NCBI GenBank assembly: GCA_041664925.1
Contig: JBAYJV010000002.1
Span: 264,302-328,301, forward strand
Direction: 5' to 3'
Length of the DNA stretch: 64,000 bases
Source of the DNA: Minisyncoccota bacterium
GTDB lineage: Bacteria; Patescibacteriota; Minisyncoccia; JBAYJV01
The notes below the pieces were generated by a model. It was not told where the DNA came from. It did no database searches and was given only the letters and a program-made list of their open reading frames with translations. Shown here piece after piece: positions 1 through 10,067 of this stretch (the first letter of the stretch is position 1; the number at the start of each line of letters is the position of its first letter). The position numbers and the translations under genes were made by a program.

Positions 1-418
1 ACCAATCTGTTGGCGTAGATATCGTAGATACTCCCATATCAGTAGATTTGTTGAAGAAAGGGGGAGGGTAAAGCATGAAAATTGGAGGAAGATTAATGGC
101 GGGACAAAAATTATCAAAAGACTGGCTTTTAAGGCATGGCTGAGTAAGTGCTGGAGGGTTTGGAGTAATTGACAGTTTCGAAAAACCAAGTAAAGCTAAG
201 AAAAGAACCGTAAAAGGAGAAAAAAGAACCTATATTCCTGTTCTAGAGCTGAATGTTCAAACCAGTCGGATTGCTATGCTTGCAACTAGAATAATTTTTC
301 ATGATCTTAAAAGAGTTTCAAAATCATAGAAAATTCCTCAAGGCGCTTCAGATTCCGCCAGATAGCGGAAAAATAGATTATAAATAGTTCTTCAAGAAGG
401 AGTGCAAAAGGAGGTCCA

Positions 419-676
419 ATGACTGAAAAAGTGTTTTGTGCTGGAGAAAATGTCACCGAAAATGAGTTAAAAGATGCTGGATACAAAAAAGTAGTATTCC
501 GTACTGAGGGCTACCACTTTCCTTCGTTCTTTGTTAGGACAACCGGAAATTCCATCAGAACAGGAGTAGAAAAAACTGCGCTTGAATACGATGTCGTATT
601 AGTCGACAATGGAGAGATTGATAACGGAAAAATTCTTGGTGTCTGGAAAGGCCTTTATCCAATGTGTAGTTCTTAA
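419..676 (+). CDS. small hypothetical protein (85 aa)
   Basis: ORF with strong SD (aaaggagg) 6 nt upstream of ATG and an intrinsic terminator directly downstream. No recognisable family. Confidence 0.4.
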   Translation: MTEKVFCAGENVTENELKDAGYKKVVFRTEGYHFPSFFVRTTGNSIRTGVEKTALEYDVVLVDNGEIDNGKILGVWKGLYPMCSS

Positions 677-689
677 TACAGAATCTTCG

Positions 690-724
690 AAGCCCGATCG
701 TTAAAACGAAAGGGCTTTTTTGTT
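690..724 (+). terminator. rho-independent terminator
   Basis: Hairpin aagccc...gggctt followed by a T-run. Confidence 0.5.
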
Positions 725-842
725 ATAAATTAATATTAGTGTATTGATCAAAAATATATTGGAAGTCTCACTTCCAAATATTGATTCTTTTTTAAAAAAA
801 GGTTAAGATGTAAATACAAATATTATTCGTAATCACAAAATC

Positions 843-1487
843 ATGTCAAAAGAAATTACTAAAATTCTTATCATAATTGCTATTTTAATTGTTGTCGGAT
901 GGATAGTAGGATCTTGGATGAGCAAAGATCTTTCTCCTAAAACTAATACCAATATGGAAACAAAAAACCTTTCTTGGGCTGAAGCCCCAAAAATAGAAAT
1001 CGATAAAACAAAAACCTATAAAGCGCTTGTAAAAACAACTGATGGCGATTTAGAGATTGAATTATACGCAAAAGACAATCCAATTACCGTGAATAATTTT
1101 GTCTTCTTGGCTCACCAAGGATTTTATGAGAATGTTAAGTTTCACAGAATTATGAAAGATTTCATGATTCAAACCGGTGATCCGACAGGAACTGGATCAG
1201 GCGGACCTGGTTATCAATTTGCGGATGAATTGCCAATCGCGAAAAAATATACGAGAGGAATTGTGGCAATGGCAAATGCCGGTCCAAATACCAACGGCAG
1301 CCAGTTTTTCATCATGACTAAAGATTATTCATTGCAACCAAACTATGTAATTTTTGGAAAAATTATTGAAGGACTTGATACATTGGATAAAATTGCCAGC
1401 ACCCCGGTAATAGATAACGGCTTTGGGGAAAAATCAAAACCAACAGAAGATGTATTGATCAAGGAAATTACAATTGAAGAGAAATAA
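843..1487 (+). CDS. ppiB: peptidyl-prolyl cis-trans isomerase, cyclophilin type, with N-terminal membrane anchor
   Basis: Cyclophilin signature segments (FHRI..F(M)IQTGDP, GSQFFI) after an N-terminal hydrophobic segment. Confidence 0.9.
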   Translation: MSKEITKILIIIAILIVVGWIVGSWMSKDLSPKTNTNMETKNLSWAEAPKIEIDKTKTYKALVKTTDGDLEIELYAKDNPITVNNFVFLAHQGFYENVKFHRIMKDFMIQTGDPTGTGSGGPGYQFADELPIAKKYTRGIVAMANAGPNTNGSQFFIMTKDYSLQPNYVIFGKIIEGLDTLDKIASTPVIDNGFGEKSKPTEDVLIKEITIEEK

Positions 1488-1513
1488 TTAAAAGTAAATT
1501 TGGTAAAATAAAA

Positions 1514-1546
1514 AAGCGGAGAACCTTGTTCGCCGCTTTTGTTTTA
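1514..1546 (+). terminator. intrinsic terminator, probably bidirectional
   Basis: Hairpin gcggagaac/gttcgccgc flanked by A-run and T-run. Sits between convergent genes. Confidence 0.45.
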
Positions 1547-1813
1547 TATGCTGATATTTCCATCAGAATCAATTTCTATTCTTTCCATAAATTTCCCCAA
1601 CGTAGAACAATCTGAACCCGGATTTAATGCTACGCTGACTTCGAGTGAAAAAACTAATATCCGAACGATTTTAATCAAAACTTCTTCTTTTATAACAGTT
1701 TCGTTGTTTATTCCTCTGCGTCCTATTCCAGTTTCTTTAGCCAGAATAAATATAACTATTTTACGCACAAGCGCTTTGGTTTTTTCAGCCCTACTCTTTC
1801 GCTGAAAGCACAT
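1544..1813 (-). CDS. hypothetical protein (~89 aa; track ORF extends to 1822 from a GTG)
   Basis: Minus-strand ORF with aaggagg SD 7 nt upstream of ATG at 1813. The antisense + ORF is low-complexity. Confidence 0.4.
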   Translation of the reverse strand: MCFQRKSRAEKTKALVRKIVIFILAKETGIGRRGINNETVIKEEVLIKIVRILVFSLEVSVALNPGSDCSTLGKFMERIEIDSDGNISI

Positions 1814-1949
1814 AAAGAACACCTCCTTATTGATTCACAATTACCAAGTCAAGTGTAATAGAATAATTCACTATCGTCAAATAATTATCGTAATTGACAT
1901 AAGTAAAAATAAGAATTAATATCAGAATGGTTCTTTAAAAGGAGGATAG

Positions 1950-2174
1950 GTGACAAAGGAAGAAAAATCTAGCGATTTTGAGAAGCTAGAAAAAGGATTG
2001 AAAGCTGGAAAAATTGTAGTTCTTAAAAAAGGTCCAAACGGAGAAATACAATTAGATGGGGTGTACGCTAATGACTCTGATATAGCCGCAGATCATTGCG
2101 ATGAAGACTCTTGGATGACAAGAATAGTTTGCGTTAAAGGAGAATACGAGCCGGTATTTCCAGCTAATGCATAA
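1950..2174 (+). CDS. small hypothetical protein (74 aa), GTG start
   Basis: aaaggagg SD then GTG. Own terminator downstream. Confidence 0.45.
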   Translation: MTKEEKSSDFEKLEKGLKAGKIVVLKKGPNGEIQLDGVYANDSDIAADHCDEDSWMTRIVCVKGEYEPVFPANA

Positions 2175-2195
2175 TCTTTGAAAAAGAAAAGTTGT

Positions 2196-2230
2196 CCCGC
2201 ACTACCAAGAAATAGTGCGGGTTTTTGTTT
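2196..2230 (+). terminator. rho-independent terminator
   Basis: cccgcact...agtgcggg hairpin plus T-run. Confidence 0.6.
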
Positions 2231-2310
2231 GTTATTGAATTATCTTAAGAAACATTGACAAATAAGAAAATAAGTGTAAAATTAAAAATGCGCTTATAAA
2301 GGAGGTGCCA

Positions 2311-2583
2311 GTGAAAGCATGGCGCGATCAAAGTAGCGGAGATATGTGTTTTCAATTTCAAGGTATGGAGTTCTCGACTCTTGTTGGGCTAGTTTTAGCG
2401 GGCGCTCAGTATTATGAAAACACCGAGATTCCAAGAGTAACAAGAGAAGATCCAAAAAACGGAAACAAGTTAGGGCTTGAGGTTAGAGGTTTTAGAAAAG
2501 CATTTAATGAAATGGTCTCTACTCGTAATATTGCGCCCCAATTACTAGAAGGAGGAAAAGTAAAAGAAGTAAGTACTCGTTAA
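2311..2583 (+). CDS. small hypothetical protein (~90 aa; track start 2305 lies inside the SD)
   Basis: aaaggagg SD then GTG. Own terminator downstream. Confidence 0.4.
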   Translation: MKAWRDQSSGDMCFQFQGMEFSTLVGLVLAGAQYYENTEIPRVTREDPKNGNKLGLEVRGFRKAFNEMVSTRNIAPQLLEGGKVKEVSTR

Positions 2584-2590
2584 GAATAAT

Positions 2591-2619
2591 CCCGCATCAA
2601 AAAATGCGGGAATTTTTTA
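2591..2619 (+). terminator. rho-independent terminator
   Basis: cccgcat...atgcggg hairpin plus T-run. Confidence 0.6.
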
Positions 2620-2735
2620 TGCTATTTTTTGTTTTCCACTTTCATTCATTCCAAAAGTTTAATATAATTAGTCGTAGCCAGTAAAAACTGGTATGTTTTG
2701 CTGTTTCGATCATTTTTAGAGGATTGAAATAATAT

Positions 2736-5231
2736 ATGCAGCGTTTCGTCTTAAAAAAACTTTTTGACATTAGACCTCTCACTAAAAAAGGAGAGTTAAA
2801 TTTGCGCTGGATTTTAAGATCGGAAAAAACAGTCGAGGTAAAAAATATTCCTAAATCAGAAAGGGTTCTTCGAGAAAATACTTATAAACAAAATAAAAAT
2901 AAAAAAGATCATACGGAAATTCCCAAAAGACCTGGTTTTTCCTTGCCTGCCTGGGATAAAAAAAATCAGAAAGTAGTGACTCCAGAATACGAGTATGAAC
3001 AAATCAGACAAGCAATTTTAGATGAGTTAGATGATCTTGAGCTAAAAGAAGCAAAATTAAAACATGATTTCGGCCCACCTCTGAATCTCCCTATCTCAAT
3101 TTCAATTGAAAAAGAAGCCAAGAAAGAAAAAGCGCTATCTCTGATTCTCAGAAAGATATCCCCGCGAATAATTAATTTAAAGGAACGCTTGCCTCAGATA
3201 AAGCTAACGCCTTCTCTAAAGTATGCTTTTGTTTCTGTCCTAGTTTTGATTATTATTATTCCTTCGGTTCGTTTAGTTTCTAATTTTTCATCAACTAAAG
3301 ATTTTGTTGTTAATTCTGGAGAAAAAGGGTATCAAAATCTCCTTGACGCAAAAAATGCGCTCTTAAGTTTTAATCCGGTCAAAGCATCGCAAGATTTTAA
3401 AGAAGCTTACGAGAATTTTAATCAAGCATCAAAAACAATAAATAGCTTGGGCGGATCACTGCTTGAGGTAGTTGATATTTTACCGCTTCGCTACAAAGTC
3501 TCTGCCGGAAGGAAACTTTTGTCTGCTGGAGAAAATATATCAAAAGCTGGTGATTATTTAGCCAATGGTCTTGAAATTATTAACAATCTAAAAATTGACA
3601 GCATAATTCGAGGTAAAGATGAAATCTCTACTGAAGAGAACAAACCGACTGATTACATAAAACAATTCCGCCAAGAATTTTCTTTAGCAAAAAATGAATT
3701 AGAAAAAGGATTTGCGACTATTCAAGGAATAGAGCCCAAAAATCTCCCCGACAATTATAAAGAAAAATTCGCTTCTTTGTCCGCAATGATGCCTCAAATA
3801 AAAGAGGTTTTAAGTAATTTTGATAATTATTTCGATATATTTCTTTCAATCTTAGCCGAAAGCAGCCCGAGGCATTATTTAATTGTTTTCCAGAATAATT
3901 CAGAGATTAGAGCAACGGGCGGCTTCATTGGTTCCTATGCCTTAATCAGCATTCTTCAGGGACAAATTGATAATCTTGAAGTAAAAAATATTTTTGATGC
4001 CGATGGTCAATTGATCGTTAATGTTATTCCTCCAAAACCGATTCAAAAAATTTCTTCAGGATGGAGTACTCATGATGCTAATTGGTTTTTTGATTTTCCA
4101 ACTTCGGCCGAAAAAATCGCTTGGTTCTTTGAAAAAACTGGCGGCCCAAGCATAGATGGCATAATAGCCTTGACGCCTAAAATAGTTGAAGATATTTTAA
4201 ACATTCTAGGTCCAATTGAACTGCCAACTTATGGTCTTACAATCACGAAAGATAATTTTATTGAAGAAATTCAGTATAAAGTAGAAGAAGACTACGATCC
4301 TTACCAAAATGAACCCAAAAAAGTATTGGCTGATTTTACTACGCTTTTGATTGAAAAAATAACAAATGCCTCTAAAGAAGTCTGGCCAAAAATTATTGAA
4401 GTTTTAGGCAAGTCAATTACTAAAAAAGATCTGATTCTATGGCTTAAAGATACAAAAGAAGAAGAGCTTGTGAAAAAACAAAGTTGGGGAGGAAATATCA
4501 CTGAGACAAGCGGAGATTATTTGGCAATTGTCCATTCAAATATTAATGGATATAAAACAGACCGCTTCATCAAGGAAGATACTCAGCTTGATATTAGTTT
4601 TGATGCGGAAGGACACGCCACGAACGAACTTACTATCAAGAGAAAGCACGAGGGAGGAAATGAAGCTTATGATTGGTATAATAAAGTTAATAGCGATTAT
4701 GTGAGGATTTATCTTCCCAAAGGAACAAAAATCTTAGAGGCATCAGGTAATACACCTGAATTTTCCGTTCCGCCATTAGATTATGAGAGCTTGAAATTTA
4801 AGCAAGATTCGTTAGTTGCATCCATCGAATCAACCATGACAAAAGAGCCGGTTTCTGGAGTTGATCTTTTTGAAGAATCAGGAAAGACAGTGGTCGGCGG
4901 ATGGATTTATACTAGTCCCGGAGAAGAAAGTGTTTTTAAAATACGTTATCAAATTCCTGAATCAAGCTATCAAAATTTTCAAGACAACACACCAAAATTA
5001 CCCATAGAAGGTGCGCTTAATCAAGCAGTAAATTATAATCTAATCTTACAAAAACAACCGGGATTAAGCGATAATCCTTTGAGGATGACAATAAGTTATC
5101 CAGATTCGTGGCGTATTGGACAAATTTATCCAAGAGAAAAACTAACTTCTCAAAACCCAATTCGTTTCAGAGATATTATCGATCAGGATAAAATATTCAA
5201 TATTAATTTTAAATCATCTGAAAATAAATGA
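2736..5231 (+). CDS. large membrane-anchored protein (831 aa), possibly DUF4012-like (recalled from memory, unverified)
   Basis: Single TM near residues 165-185 and a large extracytoplasmic body. The segment LIVFQNNSEIRATGGFIGSY resembles the DUF4012 core as I remember it. Its stop is translationally coupled to murJ through ATGA. Confidence 0.5.
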   Translation: MQRFVLKKLFDIRPLTKKGELNLRWILRSEKTVEVKNIPKSERVLRENTYKQNKNKKDHTEIPKRPGFSLPAWDKKNQKVVTPEYEYEQIRQAILDELDDLELKEAKLKHDFGPPLNLPISISIEKEAKKEKALSLILRKISPRIINLKERLPQIKLTPSLKYAFVSVLVLIIIIPSVRLVSNFSSTKDFVVNSGEKGYQNLLDAKNALLSFNPVKASQDFKEAYENFNQASKTINSLGGSLLEVVDILPLRYKVSAGRKLLSAGENISKAGDYLANGLEIINNLKIDSIIRGKDEISTEENKPTDYIKQFRQEFSLAKNELEKGFATIQGIEPKNLPDNYKEKFASLSAMMPQIKEVLSNFDNYFDIFLSILAESSPRHYLIVFQNNSEIRATGGFIGSYALISILQGQIDNLEVKNIFDADGQLIVNVIPPKPIQKISSGWSTHDANWFFDFPTSAEKIAWFFEKTGGPSIDGIIALTPKIVEDILNILGPIELPTYGLTITKDNFIEEIQYKVEEDYDPYQNEPKKVLADFTTLLIEKITNASKEVWPKIIEVLGKSITKKDLILWLKDTKEEELVKKQSWGGNITETSGDYLAIVHSNINGYKTDRFIKEDTQLDISFDAEGHATNELTIKRKHEGGNEAYDWYNKVNSDYVRIYLPKGTKILEASGNTPEFSVPPLDYESLKFKQDSLVASIESTMTKEPVSGVDLFEESGKTVVGGWIYTSPGEESVFKIRYQIPESSYQNFQDNTPKLPIEGALNQAVNYNLILQKQPGLSDNPLRMTISYPDSWRIGQIYPREKLTSQNPIRFRDIIDQDKIFNINFKSSENK

Positions 5232-6829
5232 TTTTTCGTCGGTTATTTAAATTTACTTCAAGTTCTGTTACTTCTGCTGCGCTCCTTTTGGGGGGAGCAA
5301 GTCTTTTAAGTAGGCTCTTGGGACTTTTACGCGTCCGTATTTTTGCCTATCGCTTTGGTGCAGGTCAAGCACTTGATATGTATAACGCGGCATTCAGAAT
5401 TCCTGATTTGATTTTTACAATTATTATCATGGGAGCTGTCAGTTCTGCCTTTATTCCAATTTTTACCTCATCACGCTTCACTAAAGATAAAAAAAATCAG
5501 TGGCTCCTTGCCAATAATTTTCTCCATATTTTTTCTTTTATTGTTTTATTGCTCGCAATTGTTTTGATGATTGTTGCGCCCTATCTTATAAAAATTATTG
5601 CTCCAGGATTTAGTGCTGAAGCTCAGACAACCACTACGATGATGACAAGAATCATGTTGATTCAACCGATTTTATTGGCTATTTCCGGCATTATTTCTGG
5701 AATTCTTCAAAGTTTTAACATTTTCTTCGCTTTTGCGCTTTCGCCACTTTTATATAATGTTGGTATTATTACGGGCGCGCTCTTTTTTGCTAGGTGGTGG
5801 GGAGTGTTTGGTCTTGCCTGGGGAGTAGTTTTGGGCGCAGGTCTTCATTTATTAATCCAATTACCAAGTTTGCCATCAACTGGTTATCGCTATAAATTCT
5901 ATATTAATTGGAAAGATGTTTTAATGCGCAAGATCATTAAATTGACTATTCCTCGAAGCATCGGATTGATTACCTCTCAACTAAACACAATTGTGACTGT
6001 CGCTATTGCTTCCACTCTTGCTGTTGGCAGTATTGCGATTTTTACTTACGCTAATGATATTCAATATGTTCCTTTGGGCACAGTTGGTATCGCTTTCGCA
6101 ACCGCGGCTTTCCCATTGCTTTCGGCGGCTTTTGCTAAAAAAGAGTTAGAGAATTTTAGAAAAATATTTTTAAGAGCAGTTCTTGAAACTCTTTATCTGG
6201 CAATCCCTATGGCGATTGCTTTTTTCTTCTTGAGATACGAAATTACCAGTGTTCTTCTTCGGACAGGAAAGTTTGGTTTGGAAGAAGTAGGTATTACTGC
6301 TGCAACAATTGCGCTTTTTTGTATCGGTATTCCTTTTCAAGCGTTGGTACCTCTTTTATCTCGCGCTTTTTTTGCAGTCCATAACACCATAATTCCTGTC
6401 ATGGTTAACCTCTTTGCTACAGGGATCAATATTGTTATCGCTCTCTGGCTAATTAAAATTCCTCAACTTTTTCCTATGTTCAATGTCGAAGGTGATAAAA
6501 GAATTTTAGCTTTACCTTTCGCATATTCACTTGCAGCGATTTTAAATGTCTTGCTTCTTTGGGTTTTTCTTGGTAGAAAGATAGGGCGTATAAAATACCG
6601 AGAAATCACAATAGCAATTTTTAAATTTTTGATTGCAGGATTAGCGTTAGGATTAACTCTTCTCTTGTCGCGCAATTTCCTCTATCAATACCTCGATACT
6701 GAAAAAGTATTAAATCTTCTAATTATTGGCGTAGTCTCTGGTCTAATTGGCATTCTTGTGTATCTCTTGATAAGTTATCTTTTGAAAATAAAGGAGATAA
6801 AAAGTATTGTGAAAGTGTTTAGAAGATAA
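5228..6829 (+). CDS. murJ: lipid II flippase MurJ (MviN)
   Basis: Polytopic membrane protein. N-terminal LLSRLLGLLRVRIFAYRFGAG...RIPD motif is typical of MurJ. Confidence 0.85.
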   Translation: MIFRRLFKFTSSSVTSAALLLGGASLLSRLLGLLRVRIFAYRFGAGQALDMYNAAFRIPDLIFTIIIMGAVSSAFIPIFTSSRFTKDKKNQWLLANNFLHIFSFIVLLLAIVLMIVAPYLIKIIAPGFSAEAQTTTTMMTRIMLIQPILLAISGIISGILQSFNIFFAFALSPLLYNVGIITGALFFARWWGVFGLAWGVVLGAGLHLLIQLPSLPSTGYRYKFYINWKDVLMRKIIKLTIPRSIGLITSQLNTIVTVAIASTLAVGSIAIFTYANDIQYVPLGTVGIAFATAAFPLLSAAFAKKELENFRKIFLRAVLETLYLAIPMAIAFFFLRYEITSVLLRTGKFGLEEVGITAATIALFCIGIPFQALVPLLSRAFFAVHNTIIPVMVNLFATGINIVIALWLIKIPQLFPMFNVEGDKRILALPFAYSLAAILNVLLLWVFLGRKIGRIKYREITIAIFKFLIAGLALGLTLLLSRNFLYQYLDTEKVLNLLIIGVVSGLIGILVYLLISYLLKIKEIKSIVKVFRR

Positions 6830-6874
6830 CGAAATCTCGTTAATCATGAATCGTGAGTCGTTATTGACCGCTAA

Positions 6875-6910
6875 TAAAAAATGTACGAGGTCGAACCTCG
6901 TACATATCTT
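6875..6910 (-). terminator. intrinsic terminator for the minus-strand gene
   Basis: Hairpin gtacgagg-tcgaa-cctcgtac. On the minus strand it is followed by a T-run. Confidence 0.5.
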
Positions 6911-6920
6911 GCGAACTAGA

Positions 6921-7205
6921 TTACTTTAGCTCAAAAACTCTCACAAGATTAACATTTTCGTCTCCAGGGACTTGGCAAACAAAAGTACTTAAAAGAACGG
7001 AAAGAATGATTCTCAACAATCCTCTTTTTTCTTCGCATTTTCTTTCCAAGAAACCAATCGCTGTAGCCATATTCCATATCGGCATTGTTGGAGAAATACC
7101 AAGGGATTGATAATGTGCCGCTGACATAATCTTAATCCAAGAATCTGTATGGCAAATGTAAAAGCTTCTTCCATTATCATCAACAACCATCACCCATGTT
7201 TCCAT
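6921..7205 (-). CDS. hypothetical protein (94 aa)
   Basis: Minus-strand ORF with ggaggtga SD upstream and a terminator downstream. Confidence 0.5.
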   Translation of the reverse strand: METWVMVVDDNGRSFYICHTDSWIKIMSAAHYQSLGISPTMPIWNMATAIGFLERKCEEKRGLLRIILSVLLSTFVCQVPGDENVNLVRVFELK

Positions 7206-7247
7206 CTTATATCACCTCCATTTTGGATACTAGCATAATAATAACAA

Positions 7248-9110
7248 ATGTCAAGCAATATTAGAAATTTTTGCATTATTGCCCACATCGATCACGGTAA
7301 GTCCACTCTGGCTGACCGTCTTTTGGAATTGACCAATACTATTCCCAAAAACAAAATGAAAGAACAGGTTTTAGATCGCATGGACTTGGAAAGAGAGCGG
7401 GGGATTACCATAAAAATGCAACCAGTCCGTATGATATATCATACGGAAATCCGAAATCCGAATATCGAAATTCGAAACAGTTTAAAAATTAAAAATTTAA
7501 AATTAGAAATTGAAGATTCAAGATTCATCTTGAATCTTATCGATACTCCCGGCCACATGGACTTTGGATATGAAGTTGAAAGATCATTGGCGGCAGTTGA
7601 AGGCGCAATTCTTTTAATTGATGCCACAAAAGGAGTCCAAGCGCAAACTCTGGCAAATTTAAGATTGGCTAGAGCGCAAAACTTAACAATCATTCCCGTG
7701 CTCAACAAAATGGACATGCCGGCCGCTCAAATCAATGAAGCTAAAATTAAGCAAGAAATAAAACAACTTTTAAATATTGATCCTGAAGAAATCCTTTCAG
7801 TTTCCGCCAAGCAGGGAACAGGCGTAGGGGCAGTTCTTGAGAGAATTATTAGAGATGTCCCTCCGCCAGAGATTCTTGAAAATAAACCTTTAAAAGCATT
7901 GGTCTTTGATTCAGCTTATGATTCCTATAAGGGCATCATTGCCTATGTTCGCATTTTTGAGGGAAGTTTAAAAAAGGCAGGAAAAATCAAACTTTTTAAT
8001 GTGGGAAAAGGCACAGAGACAATAGAGTTAGGATATTTTTCTCCTGATTTTAGTCCCCAAGAAGAAATTCGTACTGGCGAGATTGGTTATATTGCGACTG
8101 GTCTTAAGGATAGCCGATTAGTCAAAGTCGGAGAAACTATTACTAGTTTAGAAAATGGCACGCAAAATCCAGTCGCGGGTTATCACGAACCGGAGCCCCT
8201 TGTCTTCGCTAATGTTTTTCCTAGCGAAATGAAAAGCTTCCCCCAATTAACAGACAGCTTATCTAAGCTTCACTTAAATGATGCTTCATTTTATTACGAA
8301 CCGACTAATCATGCTATTTTGGGACGCGGCTTTAATGTTGGTTTTTTGGGAATGCTCCACTTGGAAATCGTTTTTGAGCGCCTCAAAAGAGAATATGGCA
8401 CAAAAATAATCCTGACTTCGCCTACAGTAATCTATAAGATTGTTAATAGGAATGGCAAAGAGATTGAAATTTATTCTGCCCAAGAAATGCCTGATCCCAA
8501 CGAAATTCAAGAGATCAAAGAACCATGGGTCGAGATTGAAATTATTACTCCCACTCAATATTCAAGCAAAATTCATGAAATTTTAAAAAACGCTCGCGGT
8601 ATTTTTAAAGACACCGAAGTCCTTTCAGGAGAAGATATTATTTTAAGATATGATGCGCCATTATCAGAAATTATTGAAGATTTTTTGGATAATTTGAAAA
8701 GTGTTTCCCAGGGATATGCTTCTTTTAGTTATAAAGTGTTAGATTACAAAACTGTTGATTTGGTAAAATTAGATTTTGCGATTGTCGGAGAAGTGAAGCC
8801 ATCTTTGTCAAAATTAGTTGAAAAAAATAAGTCTTATCGTTTTGCTCGTGACTTTCTTTTGCGCCTTAAAGAAAATCTGCCAGGTCAGCAATTTTCTCAA
8901 GCGATTCAGGCTAAAATTGGAGGAAAGATTATTGCCAGGGAAGACATTAAGGCAATGAGAAAAGATGTTACTGCTCCTCTTTATGGCGGAGATTACACCC
9001 GCAAAAAGAAGCTTCTTCAAAAACAAAAAAAAGGAAAGAAACGACTTCTAGAAAATGCTTCTGTTAGAATCCCGGAAGAAGTTTATTTAAAAATCTTGAA
9101 AAGAAAATAA
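7248..9110 (+). CDS. lepA: translation elongation factor 4 (LepA)
   Basis: N-terminus NIRNFCIIAHIDHGKSTL, DTPGH, NKMD and the LepA C-terminal domain. It contains about 21 extra residues between the G2 and G3 motifs. Confidence 0.95.
   Translation: MSSNIRNFCIIAHIDHGKSTLADRLLELTNTIPKNKMKEQVLDRMDLERERGITIKMQPVRMIYHTEIRNPNIEIRNSLKIKNLKLEIEDSRFILNLIDTPGHMDFGYEVERSLAAVEGAILLIDATKGVQAQTLANLRLARAQNLTIIPVLNKMDMPAAQINEAKIKQEIKQLLNIDPEEILSVSAKQGTGVGAVLERIIRDVPPPEILENKPLKALVFDSAYDSYKGIIAYVRIFEGSLKKAGKIKLFNVGKGTETIELGYFSPDFSPQEEIRTGEIGYIATGLKDSRLVKVGETITSLENGTQNPVAGYHEPEPLVFANVFPSEMKSFPQLTDSLSKLHLNDASFYYEPTNHAILGRGFNVGFLGMLHLEIVFERLKREYGTKIILTSPTVIYKIVNRNGKEIEIYSAQEMPDPNEIQEIKEPWVEIEIITPTQYSSKIHEILKNARGIFKDTEVLSGEDIILRYDAPLSEIIEDFLDNLKSVSQGYASFSYKVLDYKTVDLVKLDFAIVGEVKPSLSKLVEKNKSYRFARDFLLRLKENLPGQQFSQAIQAKIGGKIIAREDIKAMRKDVTAPLYGGDYTRKKKLLQKQKKGKKRLLENASVRIPEEVYLKILKRK
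7444..7530. repeat. CGAAAT-rich repeat-like segment plus palindrome inside the lepA coding sequence
   Basis: ggaaatccgaaatccgaatatcgaaattcgaaacag resembles the termini of the intergenic elements at 14696, 21976 and 23888. It is followed by the palindrome agattcaagat/atcttgaatct. Confidence 0.45.
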
Positions 9111-9220
9111 ATATCTCATACTGTTGATATCTTTGTTGAAAAAAAACCGTGTTTGTGGTAAGTTAATGATTAGTTCTTCTGTTGGTTCTTTTACAAGAAA
9201 TCCTTAGATAAGGAGGAAAA

Positions 9221-9478
9221 ATGCAAAGAACAAAAACTGCAATTATAGGAACGATTATTGGCGAATTCATTTTTGTCGCAATTCTTGGCATCGTACTCTA
9301 TTTTTCGTTTCCATATGTTCACTCATATTTAATGAATCCGGAAAATAAAACTGATGCCTTCGTGATTGTTGTTGTTCTAATAATTTCGACTTTTGTTTTC
9401 TTGTATCATACAATGAATCGAATTATTTTCCGAGTCAAGATTCTTTTGAGAAAGACAAACCCGCTTACGAATAAATAA
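9221..9478 (+). CDS. small membrane protein (85 aa)
   Basis: aaggagg SD and two hydrophobic helices. Confidence 0.4.
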   Translation: MQRTKTAIIGTIIGEFIFVAILGIVLYFSFPYVHSYLMNPENKTDAFVIVVVLIISTFVFLYHTMNRIIFRVKILLRKTNPLTNK

Positions 9479-9494
9479 GCGGGTTCTTTTTTTT
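9458..9494 (+). terminator. intrinsic terminator (bidirectional, shared with tspO)
   Basis: aacccgctta...taagcgggtt hairpin plus T-run. Confidence 0.55.
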
Positions 9495-9532
9495 ATTTTG
9501 GATTTACTATTTTAATTTTAAGCAGTCTTTGT

Positions 9533-10006
9533 TTATTTATTAAGATAGAAAAGGGCAAAATTTAAAACACTTGCGAATGTAACCCATATTTGGTAGGGGA
9601 TAAGCAATAGCGCTGCCTGTCGATCTATCTTATAAAACTTGATAATTGTAAGTAAGATAAATATCCAAAGAATAATTATTTCAATGAAGGCAAATAATGG
9701 CTGATGGAGTCCAAAGAAAATAATTGACCAGAACATATTCAAGATAAGTTGTGTGCTAAAAAACGAAAGCGCCATTTTCTTTTTTTCCGATTGAGATTTG
9801 AGAATCAAAAACAAGGCAACGCCCATAAGAAAATAAAGAAAAAGCCAAGCTGGCATAAAAAGCCAATTAGGAGGAGCAAATGAGGGTTTAACTAGATCTT
9901 TATACCAACCCTGGACTGAAGATGCCGTTGAAATTCCCCCAATGAATCCAATAACTTGAGGGATCAGAATAGAAATAATGAAGAGAATAATTTTATTTTT
10001 TTTCAT
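9533..10006 (-). CDS. tspO: TspO/MBR family tryptophan-rich sensory protein
   Basis: Five-TM 157 aa protein with W/Y/P-rich motif W.KDL.KPSFAPP.W.F..W..LY.LMG. Confidence 0.7.
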   Translation of the reverse strand: MKKNKIILFIISILIPQVIGFIGGISTASSVQGWYKDLVKPSFAPPNWLFMPAWLFLYFLMGVALFLILKSQSEKKKMALSFFSTQLILNMFWSIIFFGLHQPLFAFIEIIILWIFILLTIIKFYKIDRQAALLLIPYQIWVTFASVLNFALFYLNK

Positions 10007-10067
10007 ATTTTACTTGCAAAATTTAAAATAACATATTAAAATGCCAATAAGTTAAAGGAGGCAGGAA

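Noticed and set aside
1539-1805. 88 aa + strand ORF antisense to 1544..1813
   Set aside because: Low-complexity S/I/L-rich translation with no SD. The minus-strand partner has an SD and is preferred.
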